Assembly: GCF_009914755.1 (NCBI RefSeq) | Contig: NC_060941.1 | Length of the DNA: 64,000 nucleotides | Reading direction: 5' to 3' (one strand) | Source: the human T2T-CHM13v2.0 reference genome, Homo sapiens | Part shown: positions 1 to 22,759 of the stretch, in pieces | Layout: every line of letters begins with the position of its first letter | Numbering within the stretch: the first letter of the stretch is position 1 | Notes under the pieces: generated by a model | The model's database searches: none | What the model saw: the letters and a program-made list of their open reading frames with translations, nothing else | Told to the model about the DNA's origin: nothing | Program-made: the position numbers and the translations under genes

Positions 1-1904
1 AAGTGCTGGGATTACAGGCGTGAGCCACCGTGCCTGGCCATCTTCACTATTTTTTTTTCCTCCATTCTCTTCCGGAGTTTTATTTTCACATCCCTCTTCA
101 CAGTTATTCTCCCACTTGAAAGACGAATTTCTTACACATCTTAGATATTAATGTGGTGCAATATACCTAAGTATAAAAACTTCCTGGGTTGCCAACTACA
201 GGGACAATTTGAAACAGGTTTTGCTTATAGAGACCTCACCTCTTGCATCTCACCACTGTCAGGTAATCCATCAATCCTGAGAGAAAACCCCTGGAAAGTA
301 AAGCAAAGAGGACACTAGGAAGAAATACTGGGACTGGTGGTATTTTATTTCATTCAGGCAGCAAATTCGTGGCACAGCTGTGTCTGTCTTAAAATTGAGA
401 AGTCAGAAGGTTTTTGTGGAAACACATATAAAATGAATGTAGACCTTTCCCAATAGAAAGTAAATCGGTTTTGCCCATGTGGTTTGCCAGTTAGGACTTT
501 CCAGTAGTTTATATGGTAGACGTTTTCCGCAATTAGAATGAGCCTGAATCTACAGCTACGAAGTTTTGGGGAAAATATATTTAAAGCAAAAGATTAAAAA
601 TTAACCAAAAATATTGTAGAAATACTGGCGAGGATGTGAAGAAATTGGAATCCTTGTGCATTGCTGCTGAGAACGTGAAATGGTGCAACAGCTGTGGAAA
701 ATGGTATGCCAGTTCCTCAAAAAAATTAGACACCAGGCACAGTGGTGTGTGCCTGTAATCCCAGCTATTTGGGAGGCTGAGGCAAGAGGATTGCCTGAGG
801 CTGGGTGCAGTGGCTCACACCTATAATCCCAGAACTTTGGGAGGCCAAGGCATGCGGATCACCTGAGGTCAAGAGTTCGAGACCACCCTGGCCAAAATGG
901 TGAAAACCCGTCTCTACTAAAAACACAAAAATTAGCCAGGCGTGGTGATGGGCGCCTATAGTTCCAGCTACTCAGAAGACTGCGGCAGGAGAATCACTTG
1001 AACCCAGGAGGTAGAGGTTGCAGTGATCCGAGGTGGTGCCACTGCACTCCAGCCTGGATGACAGAGTGAGACTCTGTCTCAAAAAAAAAAAAAAAAAAAC
1101 AAAACAAAACAAAAAAAAAAACAACTAGATAACCAGGAAATATAACAGCCACTAAAAAGAAAAAAAAGTTATTGAGTTCTACTTTGTGTTCAATATCTCT
1201 GTGCTGGCCATGGAGATTATCAAAACAATAAAATGTCAAGGAGCCTATGGTTCATGGGGATGGAAATACAAAGAAATCACAACATGATTTCAGCTCTGCT
1301 CTGAGACAGGGTTGACTGCCCTGGAGTACTCAGGGGTGGCAGCTAACCCAAAGCAGGTGAAGTGGTCAGGTAAGCTTCCCCGGAGAGCTGAATTGAGGAT
1401 AAATTAGAGTTAGCCTGGCAAAGAGAGGTGATCCGATCTGTGCTTTCAGTTCTTTATATATTCTGAATACAGGTCTTTTGTTGAGTATGTGATTTGCAAC
1501 TATTTTCTTTCTGTCTGTAGCTGGTTTTTTCATTTTCTTAACATTGTCTTTTATAGAACAAAAGTTTTTATTTATGATGAAGTCCAGTTTATCAATCGTT
1601 TTCTTTTGTAACTCATGGTTTTGGTGTCCAGCCTAAGAACTCTGCCTAAACTGAGGTCATGAAGATTTTCTCCTACTTTTCTCTAAAAGTTTTATCATTT
1701 TACATTTCTTTTAGATATATGATCCATTTTGAGCTAATTTTTGTATAAGTTGTGATGTTTAGGTTGAAGTTCTCTTTTTGTATATGAATGTCCACTATTC
1801 AGACACCATTGTTGGCTCTAGGAATCTATACATGTGTTAAAACTCATAAAGCTGTACACCAACGAAAGAGTCAATTTTACTTTATGTTACTTTATTATTA
1901 TTAA

Positions 1905-2207
<303 letters not shown>

Positions 2208-4011
2208 TAAAAAAAATTTTTTTTTTTCAGTTACACTTTTATAACATGCACATCCGTTTTAACGCTTATACTGGCAAGGCTGTTGACCTTTCTCTTTGTG
2301 ATTTCTTCCAGGGCTTTTACTCTTGTAAAGCTCTCTTTCCACAAGAGGTCTGATGATTCTAGGAATCCTTTCTCCATTCAGTTGCCTTTGCACTTTGGTC
2401 AAAAATCAATTTGCCATATTTGCATGGGTCTATTACTGTACTTTCTATTCTGTCCCATTGACCTAGCTGTCTGTAATTCTGTCATTTCACCTGTATCACA
2501 CTTTGTTTTTTTAGACAGGGTCTCCCTCTGTCGCCCAGACTGGCATGCAGTGGGTGTGATCTTGGCTCACATCAGCCTCCACCTCCCAGGCTCAAGCAAT
2601 TCTCATGCCTCAGCCTCCCGAGCAGCTGGGATTACAAACATGTGCCACCACACCCAGCTAATTTTTGTATTTTTTTAGTAGAGATGAGATTTTGCCATGT
2701 TGCCCAGGCTGGTCTTGAACTCCTGGCCTCAAGTAATACTCCAGCCTCAGCCTCCCAGAGTGCTGGCATTACAGGCATGAGCAACTGCACCTGGTCTTTT
2801 TTTTTTTTTTTTTTTTAAAGAGACAGGATTGCATGCCTGTAATCACAGCTTCTCGGGAGGCTGAGGAAGAATAGCTTGAACCCAGGAGGTGGAGGTTGCA
2901 GTGAGCCAAGATTGCATCACCGCACTTCAGCCCAGGCGACAGTGAGATTCCATGTCAAAAAAAAAGAAAAGAAAAGAAAAAACAAACAAAAACAAAATAC
3001 TAGCCAATTGAACTCAGGAATATGTATTTTAAAAAATGCTATAGTCAGGTGAGATTTATCCTGGCAATACAGGGCTGGTTCAGTATTCAAAAATCAATCA
3101 TAGTAATTCACCATATTAACAGCCTAAAGAATTAAAAGCAAATGATCAGGCAGGGCACAGTGGCTCACACCTGTAATCCCAGCACTTTGGGAGGCCGAGG
3201 CGGGCAGATCACCTGAGATCAGGAGTTCTAGTCCAGCCTAGCCAACATGGCGAAACCCTATCTCTACTAAAAATACAAAAGTTAGCCGGCCGTGGTGGCT
3301 CATGCCTGTAGTCCCAGACACTTAGGAGGCTGAGGCAGGAGAATCACTTGAACCCAGGAGGCAGAAGTTGCAGTGAGCCAAGACTGCGCCACTGCACTCT
3401 GGCCTCGGTGACAGAGCGAGACTCTGTCTCAAAAGGAAAAAAAAAGCAAATGATGATATTGATTGATAGAGAAAAACTATGTGACAAAAATTCAAAATTC
3501 ACTTACAATTTGAAAAATAATACTCTTAGGCCCGACTGGGCCACTCAGACCTGTAATCCCAACACTTTGAGAGGCTAAGGCAAGAGGTATTACTTGAAGC
3601 CAGGAGTTCAAGACCAGCCTGAGCAACGTAGTAAGACCCTGTCTCTAAAAAAATTTTTTTAAAAATTAGCTGGACATGGTAGTGCCTGTAGTTTCAGCTA
3701 CTCAGGAGGCTGAGGTAGGGGAATTGCTTAAGCCCAGGAGTTTGAAGTTACTGTGAGCCATGATCACACCACTGTACTCCTGCCTGGGCGGTCTCAAACT
3801 CCTGACCCCAAGTGATCCACTCACCTCAGCCTCCCAAAGTGCTGCACTCACCTCAGCCTCCCAAAGTGCTGGGATTACAGGCATGAGCCACTGCGCCTGG
3901 CCAGCTAATATTTTGTTGAAGATTTTTACATCTGTGTTCATGAGAGATATTGATCTGTAGTTTTTTTCCTTAAAATACCTTTGTTTAGTTTTGGTCTCAG
4001 GGTAATGTTGA

Positions 4012-4378
<367 letters not shown>

Positions 4379-4570
4379 TAAGCCACTGCGCCCGGCCATT
4401 TCTTCTTTAGTTATCCTGCTCTACTGCAGACTTCCTATGATTGTGTCCGTGTTCAGGGCCAGGCAGCAGGAAGACACAGAGAAAAGAAAGCTATGGGGGT
4501 TCTCCTTCTTGGGACTACAACTCTTTTGAAAAATAAACACGCAAACACGTATGTGTGTGTATGAATGTAT

Positions 4571-4574
<4 letters not shown>

Positions 4575-4612
<38 letters not shown>
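4575..4612. repeat. (CA)n microsatellite
   Basis: Direct CA run next to an Alu fragment. Confidence 0.9.
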
Positions 4613-4615
<3 letters not shown>

Positions 4616-4853
4616 CTCAGTCTGTTGTCCAGGCTGGTCTCCTGCTCCTGGCCACAAGTGATCCACCTTGGCCTCCCACAGTACTGGGATTACAGGCATG
4701 ATCCACTGCCCCTGGCCCACAGCTCTCAATCAGAGGGGGAAAGATTTCCGTTCCTCAAAGTTTTGGGTGTCTGTGGACCCTGCAGCCACTAATGCTACCA
4801 TCACCACTGTCACTCTCATGGAATTGTCTAGGGGCTGGAGCACGGGAGAATGA

Positions 4854-5509
<656 letters not shown>

Positions 5510-6291
5510 TAATAGCTTTTTAAACTGTCACAATTATATGAAGTAGGTATTTCTTATATTTGACAGATGACAAAACTGAGGTTCCTAGAGGATAAGTAAT
5601 TTTCCCAAGATCACACAGCTAGTCAGTGGCCAACCCAGTCATCCTAGCCCCAGAGTTTGTGGTCTGAGCCGCTAGTTCTGCAGCTTTAGAGGGAGCTGAA
5701 CACAACAGTTCTGTGGGGTGAGGTATGGGGCTTATGTGTTGTGGACAGGGCCTGGTATCTCACTCCCTTTAACCTGCATGGTGTATGATGGAAGAGTGCG
5801 TAGTGTTTAGGGAACTGCTTTCTTCTTTGATGAAGATCTGGACTGTGGTGGGATAGGAATAGACTTCTGTCTTCAAGACATGTGCATGTGTGTGTATGTG
5901 TGTATACATGCTTATATATGCGCCTGTGTGTAAGCCATGCAGCCATTGAAAGTGAGGATGTGGATCCATTCATTCAGCAAGTATTACTTGAACCCCCACC
6001 ATGTATCACACATTATTCTAGGCACTGGGGATACATCAGTGAAGAAACAGACAAAAACCTCTGCCCTCATGGAGCCCCCATTCTAGTAGACAGACAATAA
6101 ACATACAAATAAATCAATTACATAGAGTGCTAGAAAGTGGTAAGTCCTAGGGAATAAACAGGGCAGATAAGGAGAATTGGGAGTGTTGGGGTTCAGGGCT
6201 GGATATATTTATTAACACGAAATGATGTCTGCCATATACTGTTGAATGCACTTCCTAAACTGTGATTTCATATGACTTCCTGGTATTCCAG

Positions 6292-6536
6292 GGGAAACTC
6301 ATCCAGTAAAGTTCAGCCCTTTATGAAGAATTCCCCTGTGGTCACATTCCAATTCCTGGACCTGCTGCCACCCTCAGAGCTGCATGCTCCTTCTTCAGAC
6401 TTTCTAAGAATGACTCAGGTCATTGGTGGAGTGAAGCCAAGATTTCCAACTCAGTCACCTGAAGAGATGGAGATACCATTCATGGAGCTGGAGATCCCTG
6501 AAGATATGGGAATTCAGAAAACAAGCTAAGATAAGG
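6292..6536 (+). pseudogene. Paralogue of a non-coding upstream 5'UTR exon of the long PYY transcript
   Basis: Flanked by ttccAG| (6290-91) and |GTgagc (6537). The body (gaattcccctgtggtcacattccaattcctggacctgctgccaccctcag...gctaagataagg) matches the PYY mRNA 5'UTR as I recall it; not verified by alignment. Confidence 0.7.
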
Positions 6537-7931
6537 GTGAGCTACTACTTGACCTTTCTGTGTGTCAGTTTGATATCTGTAAAACTGGGCTAATGATGGC
6601 ACATTATGTGTGGTGAAGACTAAGATAATATGTGAGACGTACCTGGAATAGTACTTGGCACAGTGTAGGCACTTGAGAAACCTTGATTTATTATTTTTGC
6701 TATTAGGCTGCATTAACTTTAAGCTGACTGAGAGATATCCATGGGGATATGTCTAGAAACAGTGGACAGTGTGGATCAGGAACTCAGCAGAGGAGCAATG
6801 ACACAGATTTCAGGGGTGGTTAAAATCTTGGGGGTGGATGACAACTCCATGGTGAAAAAGAGAAACAAGAAGAAACAAGAAAAGAGAGCCAAAGATCTCA
6901 TCTTGGGGAGCACCAATGTCAAAGGGAAGAAACAGGAAAAGCCAGTAAAAAATCACTTTGTGTTTTGTAGTTACAATGGCTAGAAAGAGAAAGAATTATT
7001 TTAGTTGTTTCTTGGTTGTTTTTTGTTTCTTGATGGATACTTTTGTTTAAAACTTTTTATGGTACTGTTGACCTCTATCTCCTCATTCTTCCCCACCATG
7101 CCCTGCCCCTGGTAACCACTGTTTTACACTCTGTTTCTTTATATTTAGCTTAAAAAAAAATCCATGTATAAATGAGATCATGCAGTGTTTTTCTCTCTGT
7201 GTCTGGCTTATTTCACTTAGCATAATGCCTCCTAGGTTCATCCATGCAAGTAAGTTTAGACATCTCAATGTACAGAGGACTACAGTTAGTAATGTTGTAT
7301 TGCATGCTGGAAATTTGATAAGAGAGCATTTTAGGTGCTCTTTTAGATACACACACGCACAGAACTATGTGAGGTGATGGATATGTTAATTTGCCTGACC
7401 CTAGTAGTCATTTCTGTATGTATATGTATATCAAGATATCATGTTGTATACTTTAAATATATACAATAAAAACAAAACAACAAAAACCTCCATTTTTATT
7501 GTAAAACAAAACACTGATATAGAAAACCAGGTAAAACAGGTAGGGCACAATGGCTCATGCCTGTAATCGCATTTTGGGAGGCCGAGGTGGGTGGATCACC
7601 TGAGGTCAGGAGTTCGAGACTAGCCCGGCCAACATGGTGAAACCTCGTCTTTACTAAAAATACAAAAATTAACTGGGCATGGTGGCAAGCACCTGTAATC
7701 CCAGCTACTCAGGATGCTGAGGTGGGAGAATCACTTGAACCCAGGAGGTGGAGGTTGCAGGGAGCTGAGATCACCCCATTGCAGTCCAGCCTGGGCAACA
7801 GAGCAAGACTCTGTCTCAAAAAACAAAAAAAAAAAAGGAAAAAAAAAGAAAAGTATGATGAGGAAGCTGCATTGCTTCTTGTGCTCCTATCCCATTGGCC
7901 AGAACATAGTCATGTGGCCATCCCTAGCTAG

Positions 7932-8579
<648 letters not shown>

Positions 8580-8940
8580 TGATTCATTTTAAGGTTCTTC
8601 TTCTTCCTTATCCTTCTTGTCCTCCACCTCCTCCCAGTCCTCCTACTCCTCTTCTTCTCACCTCAACATCATTGGGTATAAGATTTCTTCTAATCTGAAG
8701 TTTCCTCTTCTGTCCCTTTCTTTTTCTTACAACTTATCTGTAGAAGAATCTGGGCTGTTTGACCTGTCAAGTTTCCCACAGTCCAGATTTGGATGACTGC
8801 ATACTCATGATGCAGTTCAGTAAGTTCCTCTGTCCTCTATTTCCGCAAATTGGCAGCTGGATCCAGAGGCATGATCAAATTCAGGGTCAATCCGTTTGGC
8901 AAAACTATAGGTGCTGGTGTGTTAACCAGGAGACTCATAA

Positions 8941-9090
<150 letters not shown>

Positions 9091-9305
9091 TGAGTAGTTG
9101 AGATTGCAAGTGTGCCCCACAATGCCCAGCTAATTTTTTTGTATTTTTAGTGGAGATGAGATTTTGCCATGTTGGCCAGGCTGGTCTTAAACTTCTGGAC
9201 TCAAGAAATCTGCCCGCCTCAGCCTCCCAAAGTGCTGGGATTACAGGTGTGAGCCACCGTGCCTGGCTCTCTTTTTATTTTTTATTTATTTTTATTTTCT
9301 TGTAG

Positions 9306-9449
<144 letters not shown>

Positions 9450-9578
9450 TGATACTCAATGAGTAGATCCATTAATATGCTGGGGAGGGCCAGTGGTGAT
9501 AAATGGTGATGATTTTCTAATTCTATCCTTTATCTTTATTGATTGATGGAATAAGTTTATAAAGAATAACTTGCCCTC

Positions 9579-9893
<315 letters not shown>

Positions 9894-10019
9894 CTACTGT
9901 CTGGCTATCCAGTTCATATAGGACAGTCAAGATAAATGCTTGATTCCTTCTCCTTGTTTATCCAGTTTTCAAGATAATGAAAAATATTAAAATGAACTCA
10001 AGCATTTAAATGTGTTTGA

Positions 10020-10556
<537 letters not shown>

Positions 10557-12864
10557 TAGAGATGAGGTCTCACTATTTTGCCCAGGGTGGTCTCAAACTC
10601 CTGGGCTCAAGTGATCCTTCTGCCTTGCCTCCCAGAGTTCTAGGATTACAGGCATGAGCCACTGCACCTGGCCCTAATCCATTACAATTATTACCATGAT
10701 GATGCTCATTAAGTCCATCTTTGGCCAGAGGGAGCTTATTCAGGTTGGTTCTTTAGTCCTTTGGACATGCCCACATGCCCGAAGCCTCTTGTTTTCTGAT
10801 TTGACAACGTGTTCCAGCCTCACCTTGCGTATTTCCGGTTCCAGAGCTTGGCTCTACCACTTCTCCAAGAAATCCCAGTTCATTCAGCTATTAAAAAAAA
10901 AAAAAAAGAAGGAAATCCTGCCATTTGTGACAATATTGATGAACATGTTGCGTTTTAATGCTAATTAAAATAAGCCAGACACAGAAAGACAAATACAATT
11001 TGATCTCACTTATATGTGGAATATAAAAAAATCACAAACTCAGAAGCAAAGAGAGGAACAGTGGTTGTCAGGGGCTGGATGAGGACGGGGAGATGGGAAG
11101 ATGTTTGTCAAAGAGTACAAACTTTCAGTTACAAGATGAATAGATTCTGGGAATCATGGTAAAGCATGGGAATTCTGGTAAAGTGTGGTGATTAGAGTTA
11201 ATACTATTGTACTGTTTACTTGAAATTTGCTAAGAGAGCAGATCGGAAGTGTCCTCACCACACACATACACACAAATAAATGGTAACTTTGTGGTGAAGG
11301 ATGTGTTCATTTGATTGTGGTAATCATTACATAATCATTAATCATTACATTAAATAATGTATACATTATTTAATATATGTATATTAAATAATAAATTTAA
11401 TAATAAATTAATAATAATTAAATAATAAATATTCAACCCCCTTGAATATATACAATTTTTTTTGAGACAGAGTCTCGCTCTGTTGCCCAGGCTAGAGTGT
11501 GGTGGCACAATCTTGGCTCATTGCAACCTCCACCTCCAGGTTCAAGTGCTTCTCCTGCCTCAGCCTCCCGAGTAGCTGGGACTACAGGCATGCACCACCA
11601 TGCCTGGCTAATTTTTTGTATTTTTATAGAGATTGAGTCTCACCGTGATGGCCAGGCTGGTCTCAAACTCCTGACCTCAAGCGATCTGCACACCTCAGCC
11701 TCCCAAAGTACTGGGATTACAGGTGTTAGCCACTGCACCCAGCTGAATATATGGAATTTTTATTTGTCCATTATTCCTGAATAAAGCTGGAAAAAAAAAA
11801 AGAGAAAAGGAAAGGAAAAAAAGACCAGTCTAGATGCTATGGATGTTCATTGCCATTGGTTTCAACATTGTTTCTAGGCCTTTTCAGTAAACAGAGATTT
11901 CCAAATCAAATTCAGGACTGATGGGTGTTTATTTAACCTCTTCTGTATTACATCTGTAACCCCTTTCTTCCACATTGTAAATTCTGGTTCTCAAGGACAC
12001 AGGAGATGAAAGCATTAAATATCCCATTTATTTTAGAATATGCATTTGTTTGATCTATATTATGCAGAAGTCTCAGAAAAACAATACTGACTGCCACCAC
12101 CAGTTATTACTGAAAACAGTTGTTGTTTTTTTTTCTTTTTTTTTTTGCATATGCTACCCCCTTGCTCCCCCTGCCCACTTTTCTCTGGTTTTACTATATA
12201 TATTGTTAGAGTATATAACCATTACATAATACACTTTCTTCCTTTTAATCCTTATTTAGTATTAGTTCTATGAAACTAAACTTCATGCTCATCACCAGTC
12301 CTTATGACAATGTCTTTCTAGTCATTTTGGTTGTCGGAGGTTTATTCTCTAGTAGATTCCTCAGGAAGGGCTCATGGGCATAATATTCCCTGAGATCTTG
12401 CATGCTGATAAAGTTTGGTTATGCATTTGAAGATCAGTAGAGCTAGGTATAAAAATCTTTGGTTCACGTTTTCTTTCCTTGAGCATCTCAAATATACATT
12501 CCATTTCCTTCTTGTGTAGAGTATTGCTGTCAAAAAGTCTGATGAGGCTGGGCATGGGGGCTCACACCTTAATCCTACCACTTTAAGAAGTAGAGGTGAG
12601 AGGATTGCTTGAGCCCAAGAACTTGAGACCAGCCTGGGCAACATAGTGAGACTCTATCTCTGCAGAAATAAAAGAATAAAACAATATTGTCTGGATGCGG
12701 TGGCTCACGCCTGTAATCCCAGCACTTTGGGATGCCAAGGCAGGCGGATCGCCTGAGGTCAGAGTTGAAGACAAGCCTGGCCAACATGGCAAAACCCCAT
12801 CTCTACTAAAAATAAAAAAAATTAGCTGGGCGCAGTGGCGGGTACCTGTAATTCCAGCTACTCA

Positions 12865-16572
<3,708 letters not shown>

Positions 16573-18823
16573 ATTTTTAGAAAACAAAAATAAATAAAAC
16601 AATATTAAAATTAGCTGGATGTGGTGGTTTGCACCTGTAGTCCCGGCTACTCAGGATGTCCCTGTCCCCTCACACACACCCAAAAAAGAAAATACAGAAA
16701 GAAAAGTGATGGTAATATAACTTTCTTTGTAGAGACAGGGTTTCTCTCTGTTGCCAGGCTGGAGTGCAGAGGCACATTCACAGCTCACTGCAACCTTGAT
16801 CTCCTCCACTCAAGCAATCCTCCCACCACAGCTTTCTGAGTAGTGGGACTACAGGTGCGTGCCATCACATTCAGCTATTTTTTGTATTTTTTTTTCTATT
16901 TTGACCATCCATGTCAGAATTTTTTTTTTTTTTTTGTATTTTTGGTAGAAATAGGGTCTTTCTGTGTTGCCCAGGCTAGTTTTGAACTCCTGGGCTCAAG
17001 CGGTCCACCTGCCTCGGCCTCCCAAAGTGCTGAGATTACAGGCATAAGCCACTGCACCTGGCCAGGGCTATATTTCTAATAATAGTTTTGTATGGGATTT
17101 GATCTTAATACTTTTACTGTGCTGATTTTTACGTGAAATAAATTTTCCTGAATTTTCAGAAGGAGGCTTCATCAGAGAGTTTTTCTAACTTCACAGATCT
17201 CTTCCTTTTATTGTTTTCATGAAGTGTGAAAATGACAGTGGCTTTGGTTTGAGCTTTTTCTGGCTCTGTTCCTCTCTCCCCCTTTTATCTGGATCTCTCT
17301 CCCCCACTTTTCTTGTCTCTGTGCTGCTTAATTTTGATCCTGCTCTTAGTGGTTTATCCCCAGTGTGGGTTCAGTACCGTAAGGGAGTCCTGGCAGGTCA
17401 GTGCTGAGAGCTCAGGGGACAAGAACTTCTCCAGGCCCTTTAGACTTGAATAAGGGCATTGGTGCCCTTGCCCTCGCCTGCTATTGTGATGGCTGTTTCA
17501 GCAGCTGTGTGCCGCCCAAAAAATGCCCATCACACTTTCCAGGGAACACCTGTTGGCCACATCTCAAGTCATACAAATCAGAGGCAAACTGAAGTGTGTA
17601 TACCCCCGCATTCATCAGTCATTGGTTAAAGGTGCCCCTGGGGAATGGGGAAGTCCCAGGCATTTCCAGAGTGATGCAGACAAATTGGTCCTGGCAGTCT
17701 GAGGGCACTCCTGTGACTAAAAGATTCCTTCATTCACATGGTCAAGAATGGCTCATTTTTTGTACAGCAGAGTGACTATATTTAATAATACTGTATTGCA
17801 TACTTGAAATCTGCTTAGAGAGTAGATCTTAAGGGTTCTCACATGAGAAAAGGTAACAATGTGAGGTGATGGATGTGTTAATTTGATTGTAGTAATCATT
17901 TAACAATATGTATATATATCAAATCATCATATTGTACACTTTAAGTATATACAATTTTATTGGTTAATGATACCTCAGTAAAGCTCAAAAATGGCTCATT
18001 TTTACATTTCCATTTGGCATTGCATTCAGGGTCATGGAACCTGGAAAACAGAGGAGTGAGAGGGTACCCCCATTCCTTCCAGTAGCACATTTTGGGAGTG
18101 GCACACCACACTCTTGCTCACATCCGTTGGCCAGAACTTAGTCACAAGAAGCCACTCAGCTGCAAGGGAGATTGGGAAATGTAGTTTTTAGCTGGGAAGC
18201 TGCATGCTCAGCTAAATTCTATTATAAGGGAAGAAGGGGAAAATAGATACTGGGGAACAACTGGCAGTCTCTTTCACTAAGAGTGATGGGAAAGAGTGAA
18301 AGGAAAAGACTTGTGAGGTAGGGCAAAAGGCTCCCACTTCCAGGCAGGGGGTTGAGGAGGAGGAGGCTGTATGCTGAGGTGAAGCCATACAGCCTTCATT
18401 GTGGTAAGGGACAGGTAAGTCTGAAGGCAGAGAAGACAGAGACTGGGTGACATGAGGGTTGGGGAAAATGGAACAAAACAGAGGCCAGGTGCCTTCTAGC
18501 TATGGTTGGCCACATGACTACGTTCTGGCCAATGGGATAGGAGCACAAGAAGCAATGCAGCTTCCTCGACAAACTTGTCTTCTTCTTTTTTTTCTTTTTT
18601 TTTCTTCTTTTGAGATGGAGTCTCGCTCTGTCACCCAGGCTGCAGTACAGCAGTGCAATCTCGGCTCACTGCAACCTCCGCCTCCCTGGTTCAAGCAATT
18701 CTCCTGCCTCAGCCTCCTGAGTAGCTGGGATTACAGGTGTGCACCACCACGCCCGGCTAATTTTTGTATTTTTAGTAGAGACAGGCTTTCACCATGTTGG
18801 TCAGACTGGTCTCAAACTCCTGA

Positions 18824-19264
<441 letters not shown>

Positions 19265-19284
19265 TAGAAACAGGATCTTGCTAG

Positions 19285-19764
<480 letters not shown>

Positions 19765-20582
19765 TGAGCCACCATGCCAGGCCCGGTAATGTACATTCTT
19801 AAACCATGTGGATGGGTGCACAATCTTGGAATAACAAGACAAGACGGTGCTTGGGCTCCTTGTAGATCAGAGGCACCCTACCCCCCAGCTGCCAGCTTGG
19901 ACCCTTACATGAGAGAGAAATAAATATCTATAGTATTTAAGTTACTGTTATTTGGTCTCTATTAAGGCAGGTGCACCAATATTTTAACTAATATGTTCAC
20001 TTGTTGACTGATCAATTCAATAACCTAAGAGCCACCATGTGCCAGCACCACATCAGATACCAGGAGCCACAAAGACACAAGTCCACAGGGGCCTGGTGAA
20101 TCAGGGAGCTGACCGTGTCTGAACCAGGTCAGAACTGTTTCTCCCTGAATCCATGCTTCTTTCAGGACTTGAGCTTCTGCACCAGCAGCACAGGCCTCTT
20201 GAGACTGTTGGACCCTAGAAAAAGTTTTGGATTCAGACTGGGAACAGGGGCACTGGTGTGGAGGGGATGTGCACAGAGCTTCCCGGGACTGGAGCCCAGG
20301 GCCCCTCACAGTATTTTATTTAAGGCTTCACAACACACACCAGCATTTGGTTTATATTTGGTTTTTAAAAATTCTTTGGTTGTTCTTTAAGACATTAAAT
20401 AGAAATACCCTGGCCGGGCGCGGTGGCTCACGCCTGTAATCCCAGCACTTTGGGAGGCCAAGGCGGGCAGATCTCCTGAGGTTGGGAGTTTGAGACCATC
20501 CTGACCAACATAGAGAAACCTCATCTCTACTAAATATACAAAATTAGCTGGGCGTGTTTGCACATGCCTGTAATCCCAGCTA

Positions 20583-20738
<156 letters not shown>

Positions 20739-21340
20739 TCAAACTATATTGGAAATATATAAAATACCGGAGAAGCCCTTGTTTTGATATAAGTAGGTCT
20801 GAGTCATTGACCAGTCTTTTGGAAACGTCAGTTCAAGTGGGCAATCGTTAAAAACAGACACGTGTAGGTCCTGGTCACTTTGTTTTGACTTCAAACAAAA
20901 TTCACACTCAGGCACTAGTTTTTCTTTGGGTATCTTGACTCAAATCCCTCTTTGACTTTCTTGCATAAATCACACCCACAATCCTATAATTCATCACCTA
21001 TTATTTTCAATTTATTTAAACTTAAAGACAGTTGTGAAGCAATCTGATGTAGAACAGTTCTAGATTTTTAGGATTTTCCCTGAATAGTTTATCTTTCACA
21101 TCTAATTCAACATGTCAGCAAATCTTTTTGTGTATTACTTCCAAAGCATTTAACGTCATTTGCAAGGAAACAATTCTTTATGCACTCACATTTCATCAGT
21201 TTATGTAATATTTAATTTAATTATATGATTACAATGACAGTACACCTGGCATAAACAGGCTAGGGACACACCCAATCAACTCTTGGTAAACCGACAACTC
21301 AACCCAGAGCAGAGGTAGCTGAGTTCTTGCTTTTCTAGAC

Positions 21341-22067
<727 letters not shown>

Positions 22068-22083
<16 letters not shown>

Positions 22084-22158
22084 TTCTAGAGCGAAGCCTG
22101 AGCCTTGGGTGCTCACTATGCCACAGGTATCTGTTACTGTGGTTTGCAGAAGCTTCAG
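22068..22158 (+). pseudogene. Paralogue of a second non-coding upstream PYY 5'UTR exon
   Basis: AG|agtttgcctacctctg..gagcgaagcctgagccttggg..gcagaagcttcag|GTgaga; matches the recalled PYY mRNA segment just before gcggggatataagcccc. Confidence 0.7.
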
Positions 22159-22305
22159 GTGAGAGGGAGAGCTTCTAGGAGAATGCCTACCACGAAAAGT
22201 GAAAATCCCTTCCTTCTTGGCATCACTGTTTCCCAAACCCACCTCCCACTCTTCCCAAGGTAGCTTCATGGTTTGCTTCGTCACTTCCTTCCTGGGCTCA
22301 AGTGA

Positions 22306-22759
<454 letters not shown>

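Noticed and set aside
7040-7480. L1M fragments in opposite orientations joined at ~7247
   Set aside because: Consistent with an ordinary twin-priming inversion of an old L1.
11330-11432. Very AT-rich, partly palindromic tract
   Set aside because: Low-complexity expansion inside an old L1M 3' end.
12361-12555. ORF with IFEMLKERKREPKIF
   Set aside because: Degenerate ORF1 C-terminus of an ancient antisense L1M.
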